Assembly (NCBI GenBank): GCA_002376715.1
Contig: DFOK01000110.1
Location: forward strand, 67 to 64,066
From: Bacteroidales bacterium UBA3543
GTDB lineage: Bacteria; Bacteroidota; Bacteroidia; Bacteroidales; UBA932
Length of the DNA stretch: 64,000 bases
Reading direction: 5' to 3'
This document shows, in pieces, positions 59,178 to 64,000 of the stretch. Every line of letters begins with the position of its first letter. Positions within the stretch are counted from its first letter, which is position 1. The position numbers and the translations under genes are program-made. The notes below the pieces were generated by a model. The model was given only the letters and a program-made list of their open reading frames with translations. It was not told the origin of the DNA and searched no databases.

Positions 59178-62100
59178 GAATTCAAGGAAATTCACCCTTT
59201 ACAACAGAATCATTGCATCGGTAATCCTACTGGTTGCGGCAGTTGTCTATCTTATGACCATCGAGCCTACTACCAGTTTTTGGGATTGCGGTGAATTTAT
59301 CGCATCTTCCTACAAACTTGAAGTCGGACACCCGCCAGGGAACCCGGTTTTCCAGCTTTTTGCCCGATTTTTCACAATGTTTACGGGCAAGATGCAAGCT
59401 GCGGCGGCAGTCAATGTTATGAGTGCTGTTTGTTCGGCTTTCACCATATTTTTTCTCTATCTGACAATTGTCCATCTGGGCAGACGACTCAATGAAAAGA
59501 GCGGCAGAAACCTCTCTATAGCCAACGCAGTCGCTATCTACGGTGCAGGTGTTGTGGGAGCGCTTGCATACTGCTTTTCCGATACATTCTGGTTTTCAGC
59601 AGTCGAGGCCGAAGTATACGCCATGTCTTCCCTGTTTACTGCAGTAGTTTTCTGGGCAATCCTCAAATGGGAAGAGGAGGCTGATAGCAAATATGCCAAC
59701 CGGTGGATTATTTTGATATCATTTCTGATGGGTCTCTCCATAGGAGTGCATTTGCTCAACCTTCTGGCAATTCCCGCTATAACTTTTATAATTTATTACA
59801 AAAAATCGAAGAAAGTTAACTGGAAAAGCGCTACCGGAGTTTTGCTACTCTCAGGTGCTATAATTTTGGCTGTGATGATCGGCGTAGTCCAGTATCTGCC
59901 CAGAATTGCCGCTTTCTTTGACAGGATATTTGTGAATGGCTTTGGTGCTCCATTCAATCTGGGTGCAGTTATATTCCTCGTGCTGCTCTTTGTGGCCTGC
60001 TTCATTGGAATGTACTGGCTCAGGAAGAAAGAAAAGGCAATTTTACACACCGTCGTACTCTCTTTTACCACTATTCTAATTGGTTTTTCGACCTTTGCTG
60101 TTGTAGTTATCCGCGCAAGCGCAAATACCCCTACCAACGAGTACCAGCCGGATAATCCCTATACACTGGTGAGGTATCTAAGCCGCGAACAGTATGGCAG
60201 CAATCCTATCATTTACGGACAAGCCTATACCTCTCCTTACGACATCAAAAGGGTGAATTATTACACCCCGCTGGACGGTCGCTACTACAAAGCTGAAAAC
60301 ATCGAAGTGGTGTTTCCTTCGGAGGGCAAAATGTTCTTTCCGAGAATGTGGAATTCAACTGATCAAAAATATGTTAATTTGTACGATAGCTATTCCAAGG
60401 TCAAGAACAACCGTACTATAACTGTCAGAGGAGAAAGGCAGGTAATCCAGATGCCTAAATTCAAGGACAATCTGAGATTTTTCTTCGATTATCAACTCAA
60501 CTATATGTATTTCCGCTACTTTATGTGGAATTTTGTCGGAAGGCAGAACGATTTCCATGGACAGGAGCCCTCTGATCTCATCTCAGGTAACTGGGAGAGC
60601 GGTATCGGACTCATAGACCGAATACGTCTGGGGGATCAGTCCGAAGCACCGGAGATCCTGAAAAACAATAATGCCAAGAACCATTACTATTTTCTTCCTT
60701 TAATACTGGGTCTGATAGGATTTTTCTTCCAGCTGCGCAAAGATGGACGTAACTGCTGGGTGACCTCATTGCTTTTTATACTCACCGGAATAGCCATTGT
60801 GGTATACTTAAATCAACAACCTTTCCAGGTGCGAGAACGTGACTATGCCTACGCAGGCTCTTTCTATGTCTTCACTATCTGGATAGGTCTGGCGGTGCTG
60901 GCTATACAGAGTTGGATTGAAAAAATCCATAAAAAGGAAAAAGGTGGTGCCGCCATAGCAGGAGCAGGAGTAGCAACAGCTCTCTGCCTTTCCGTCGCAA
61001 TACTGATGGGATGCGAAAACTGGGACGACCATGATCGCAGCGGACGTTATACGGCTCGCGACTGGGGGTATAATTTCCTTGCCGGTACAGACCCCAATGC
61101 CATCCTGATTACCTATGGAGACAATGATACCTTCCCTCTCTGGTATCAACAAGAGGTAGAGGGAGTGCGTACGGATGTGCGAATAGTTAACACATCGCTC
61201 CTCGGCACCGATTGGTACATAGACCAGATGCAACGCAGACAATATGAGTCGGATCCTCTGAAAATTACCATCCCGAGAGTCCAGTATCTTTATGGTACAA
61301 ATGACTATCCTTATGTAATCAATGCTATTGAGAGGCCGATCCTGGCTTCACAGGCGATAGACATTTTCCGCAATCCGCAGTACAAGCTCTCCGACGGCAA
61401 AACTGACTTCCTCCCCGCCAAACAGTTATTGATTCTGGTAAACAAAGAGAATGTCAAAAAGTACGGAATTGTAGCTGAAAAGGACTACGACAAGATCGTA
61501 GATACCGTTGTACTCAATATCGATAGCGACAGGATAGGAAAAACTTCTCTCATAATCCTGGATTTTCTCTCTACTTACCAATGGGACAGACCGGTTTACT
61601 GCGTTACTACCGGAACAGACCTGAATCTGGGTCTCGAAAAATGGTTCCAGGTTGATGGTATGGTTAACAAACTTGTGCCTATATACAATCCTGATTTTCG
61701 TGAATATTCTCAGATTGACGAAGACAAAATGTACAAAATACTCACTGAGACATACAGGTTTGATTCGCTCAAAGACACCACAATCCATGTGGATTACCAA
61801 AACATCTATTCATTTATGGCCGTACAGCCGATAAGGGAGATGTTTGCCAAGGTTTCAAACAAACTCATACAGAGTGGCAAAGTTGATAAAGCCGAGGTGT
61901 TGCTGGATATGGCTATTGATATCATGCCCAGAAAGAATTTCCCTTACAATATTTCGTTTTTACACTCTCTCAATGAATTGTCGATTATTGATATGATAGA
62001 ACAATACCTGATGATAGGTAAGAGCGAAAAGGCAATAGCGCTCGCTGATCAGTTTGTGGAAGAGACACTGCAAATAGCCAACTTCTTCGCCACATCTTAT

Positions 62101-62232
62101 GGCAGTTCATCTTTCTCTACCAAGGAAATGGACTCAAATGTGACTCTGCTCTACTATGTTGTAAACATTTTTGAGCGATACGATCAGAAAGAGTTTGCCA
62201 ACTCAATCAAACGCCGGTTGGTAGAGTTATAG
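59158..62232 (+). CDS. DUF2723-domain membrane protein (GT-C-like putative glycosyltransferase)
   Basis: 1024 aa. N-terminal polytopic region with TSFWDCGEFIASSYKLEVGHPPGNPVF, plus a large C-terminal soluble region. Confidence 0.75.
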   Translation: MIITDIMNSRKFTLYNRIIASVILLVAAVVYLMTIEPTTSFWDCGEFIASSYKLEVGHPPGNPVFQLFARFFTMFTGKMQAAAAVNVMSAVCSAFTIFFLYLTIVHLGRRLNEKSGRNLSIANAVAIYGAGVVGALAYCFSDTFWFSAVEAEVYAMSSLFTAVVFWAILKWEEEADSKYANRWIILISFLMGLSIGVHLLNLLAIPAITFIIYYKKSKKVNWKSATGVLLLSGAIILAVMIGVVQYLPRIAAFFDRIFVNGFGAPFNLGAVIFLVLLFVACFIGMYWLRKKEKAILHTVVLSFTTILIGFSTFAVVVIRASANTPTNEYQPDNPYTLVRYLSREQYGSNPIIYGQAYTSPYDIKRVNYYTPLDGRYYKAENIEVVFPSEGKMFFPRMWNSTDQKYVNLYDSYSKVKNNRTITVRGERQVIQMPKFKDNLRFFFDYQLNYMYFRYFMWNFVGRQNDFHGQEPSDLISGNWESGIGLIDRIRLGDQSEAPEILKNNNAKNHYYFLPLILGLIGFFFQLRKDGRNCWVTSLLFILTGIAIVVYLNQQPFQVRERDYAYAGSFYVFTIWIGLAVLAIQSWIEKIHKKEKGGAAIAGAGVATALCLSVAILMGCENWDDHDRSGRYTARDWGYNFLAGTDPNAILITYGDNDTFPLWYQQEVEGVRTDVRIVNTSLLGTDWYIDQMQRRQYESDPLKITIPRVQYLYGTNDYPYVINAIERPILASQAIDIFRNPQYKLSDGKTDFLPAKQLLILVNKENVKKYGIVAEKDYDKIVDTVVLNIDSDRIGKTSLIILDFLSTYQWDRPVYCVTTGTDLNLGLEKWFQVDGMVNKLVPIYNPDFREYSQIDEDKMYKILTETYRFDSLKDTTIHVDYQNIYSFMAVQPIREMFAKVSNKLIQSGKVDKAEVLLDMAIDIMPRKNFPYNISFLHSLNELSIIDMIEQYLMIGKSEKAIALADQFVEETLQIANFFATSYGSSSFSTKEMDSNVTLLYYVVNIFERYDQKEFANSIKRRLVEL

Positions 62233-62260
62233 TCTCGAGTGGCCAAAAGCCAACAGCAAC

Positions 62261-62299
62261 AACAAAGCCCCGAAAGTGAAAAAAATTCGGGGCTTTGTT
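62261..62299. terminator. Bidirectional hairpin terminator between convergent genes
   Basis: Perfect 14-bp stem AACAAAGCCCCGAA (62261-62274) / TTCGGGGCTTTGTT (62286-62299). Confidence 0.7.
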
Positions 62300-62323
62300 A
62301 TTAGGAGATATAGTGATTTACTT

Positions 62324-62389
62324 AATACTCCCTACTCGAAACAACTCTACAGTCCGTAACCCGCAACGCGTAACTCGCACCATTACACA
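62324..62389. repeat. G-poor post-stop element
   Basis: ccgtaacccgcaacgcgtaactcgcacc (62354-62381) ends at the stop of the minus-strand beta-eliminating lyase gene. Confidence 0.7.
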
Positions 62390-63769
62390 CTATTTCGCTT
62401 TCTCGAGTTCCACAGTAAAGTGTCTCATAATCGGCAACTCTTTTGTTATGACATAGCCCCGGGTAATGCTCTCCCGGCGGTCATATACATTTTTGAGAGC
62501 AGCAGCGATGTAATCCATATGGTTGTTGGTATAGACACGACGCGGAATTGCAAGACGAAGTAATTCGAGTGCGGGATAGCGATTTTCTTTTGTATCGGGA
62601 TCACGATCTGCGAGAAGAGCTCCAATCTCAACACTACGAATACCTGCCTCCAGATAAAGTTCAATACCGAGCGTCTGAGCTATAAACTCCTCTTTAGGAA
62701 CCTTGGTGAGGATTTTTTTGGCATCTACGAAAATGGCATGTCCACCGGCGGGTCTCTGATAAGGAATACCATATTCGTCCAGTTTTTTACCCAGGTATTC
62801 CACCTGCCTGATGCGTGTCTCGAGATAATCAAACTCGGTACCTTCGCGCAATCCCTGTGCAAGTGCATTCATATCCCTGCCTGCCTGTCCGCCATATGTG
62901 AGGTAGCCCTCGTTCATAATGCAGTACATATGACATTTCTGCATATCCTCTTCATTCCTGAAGGCCACAAAACCGCCTATGTTGACAATAGCATCCTTCT
63001 TGGATGACATCGTCATCATATCGGCGTATGAAAACATTTCACGGGTAATCTCTCTGATCTCCTTATCCTGATAGCCCTCTTCGCGGGTTTTGATAAAATA
63101 TGCATTTTCAGCAAAACGGGCTGAGTCTATCAGCAGTTTCACGCCATATTTCTTCGCCAGAGCAGCAACGCCTTTGACATTTGTCATCGATACGGGCTGA
63201 CCTCCGGCCGTATTGTTGGTCACTGTAAGTACGATTGCAGGGATCTTCTCTACCGGGTTGCTTTTTAAAACATTCTCGAGTTTTTCAAGATCTATATTTC
63301 CCTTGAAAGGAATCTCAAGTTCGGTGTCTTTGGCCTCATCTATTGTGCAGTCAATTGCGTGTGCCTTGCGAAATTCGATGTGACCTTTAGTCGTATCAAA
63401 GTGCGAATTTCCGGGGAGTATGTCTCCCTCTTTGATAATTGCCGAGAAAAGCACATTTTCGGCCGCTCTGCCTTGATGTGTGGGGATAAAGTAGCGGAAC
63501 CCTGTCACCTCTTCGATCGACTCTTTAAGGGCATAATAGGACCTTGCACCGGCATAACTTTCGTCACCTTCCATAATAGCTGCCCACTGTTTGTCACTCA
63601 TTGCTCCGGTACCGGAATCGGTAAGAAGATCTATAAATACATAATCGCTCTTTAGGTTGAAGAGATTGTATTTAGCCTCGGTAATCCACTTCTCTCTCTC
63701 AGCGCGTGTACTACGCTTAAGACTTTCAACTGTCTTTATCTTATAAGATTCTGCAAAAGGTAACTCCAT
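62390..63769 (-). CDS. tnaA: Tryptophanase / tyrosine phenol-lyase family beta-eliminating lyase (probably tryptophanase)
   Basis: 459 aa, MELPFAESYKIKTVE..., DLLTDSGTGAMS, PLP-lysine region SSKKDAIVNIGG. Confidence 0.75.
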   Translation of the reverse strand: MELPFAESYKIKTVESLKRSTRAEREKWITEAKYNLFNLKSDYVFIDLLTDSGTGAMSDKQWAAIMEGDESYAGARSYYALKESIEEVTGFRYFIPTHQGRAAENVLFSAIIKEGDILPGNSHFDTTKGHIEFRKAHAIDCTIDEAKDTELEIPFKGNIDLEKLENVLKSNPVEKIPAIVLTVTNNTAGGQPVSMTNVKGVAALAKKYGVKLLIDSARFAENAYFIKTREEGYQDKEIREITREMFSYADMMTMSSKKDAIVNIGGFVAFRNEEDMQKCHMYCIMNEGYLTYGGQAGRDMNALAQGLREGTEFDYLETRIRQVEYLGKKLDEYGIPYQRPAGGHAIFVDAKKILTKVPKEEFIAQTLGIELYLEAGIRSVEIGALLADRDPDTKENRYPALELLRLAIPRRVYTNNHMDYIAAALKNVYDRRESITRGYVITKELPIMRHFTVELEKAK

Positions 63770-63811
63770 AATTATAATTTTTAATATTAAACGGCTACAA
63801 AGTTACAAAAA

Positions 63812-63840
63812 ATAAGAGCAAACCGAAGATTTGCTCTTAT
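63812..63840 (-). terminator. Rho-independent terminator of the secDF-like gene
   Basis: Stem ATAAGAGCAAA / TTTGCTCTTAT; on the minus strand it is followed by TTTTTT. Confidence 0.7.
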
Positions 63841-63867
63841 TTGAAATTAAATTATTTTTCCGGAAGA

Positions 63868-64000
63868 TTATTTCTTCGCAGCTTTGGCGGCAAGCCTTTT
63901 ATCCATAAAGATGTTGAGGTCGTACATAATCGGAGTTCCAACGAAAATGGAAGAGTAAGTACCTACCGCAACACCGAGTGCAAGAGCAACTGAGAAACCT
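63868..64000 (-). CDS. secDF: Protein translocase SecDF/SecF C-terminus, 5' part outside window
   Basis: Translation ...GFSVALALGVAVGTYSSIFVGTPIMYDLNIFMDKRLAAKAAKK* ends at the TAA complement at 63868-63870. Confidence 0.7.
   Translation of the reverse strand, partial: GFSVALALGVAVGTYSSIFVGTPIMYDLNIFMDKRLAAKAAKK

Overview
This 64-kb segment looks like a Bacteroidales (Bacteroidota) chromosome. The evidence is lipoprotein-rich surface genes, the DUF4271-hemD, DUF2723 and GH3-family genes, and TAnnTTTG -7 promoter boxes. I support about 55 protein genes, one tRNA-Gln(UUG), one cobalamin riboswitch and several hairpin terminators. Most of the window is housekeeping: dnaE, gpmI, rnr, nrdJ, ispE, sufB/C/D, tyrS, rbfA, groES/EL, tadA, uvrC, rnpA/yidD, hemD, recO, rdgB and the secDF 3' end. 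One clear functional island is a riboswitch-controlled vitamin B12 uptake locus at about 13.9-20.5 kb (btuB, BtuG-like propeller lipoprotein, btuF/C/D-like). The only accessory-looking stretch is about 7.6-13.9 kb. It holds a DUF4143 AAA ATPase behind direct repeats, a fimbrillin-like/FISUMP lipoprotein, an unannotated 45-codon ORF, and a 5'-truncated, frameshifted paralog fused to 15 Cys-containing BspA/DUF285-type leucine-rich repeats. I found no CRISPR array, integrase, transposase, toxin-antitoxin pair or recognisable defence genes, and I cannot honestly point to a clear multi-gene novel system. The most unusual signals are: (1) at least 10 copies of a strand-asymmetric, G-poor, non-palindromic element (GTAACNCGCAMC and ACTACATACTAC units) lying directly against gene 3' ends; (2) the surface-lipoprotein cassette arrangement, where a 64/65-nt identical junction block suggests recent recombination; (3) the small ORF between the paralogs; (4) a PnuC-type transporter gene translationally coupled inside the suf operon; (5) three phased DnaA-box-like TTATCAACA repeats upstream of the B12-dependent ribonucleotide reductase; (6) two homologous terminator hairpins bracketing an orphan ~220-bp segment between groEL and tadA. 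All functional calls rest on my recognition of translated motifs, not on database searches.
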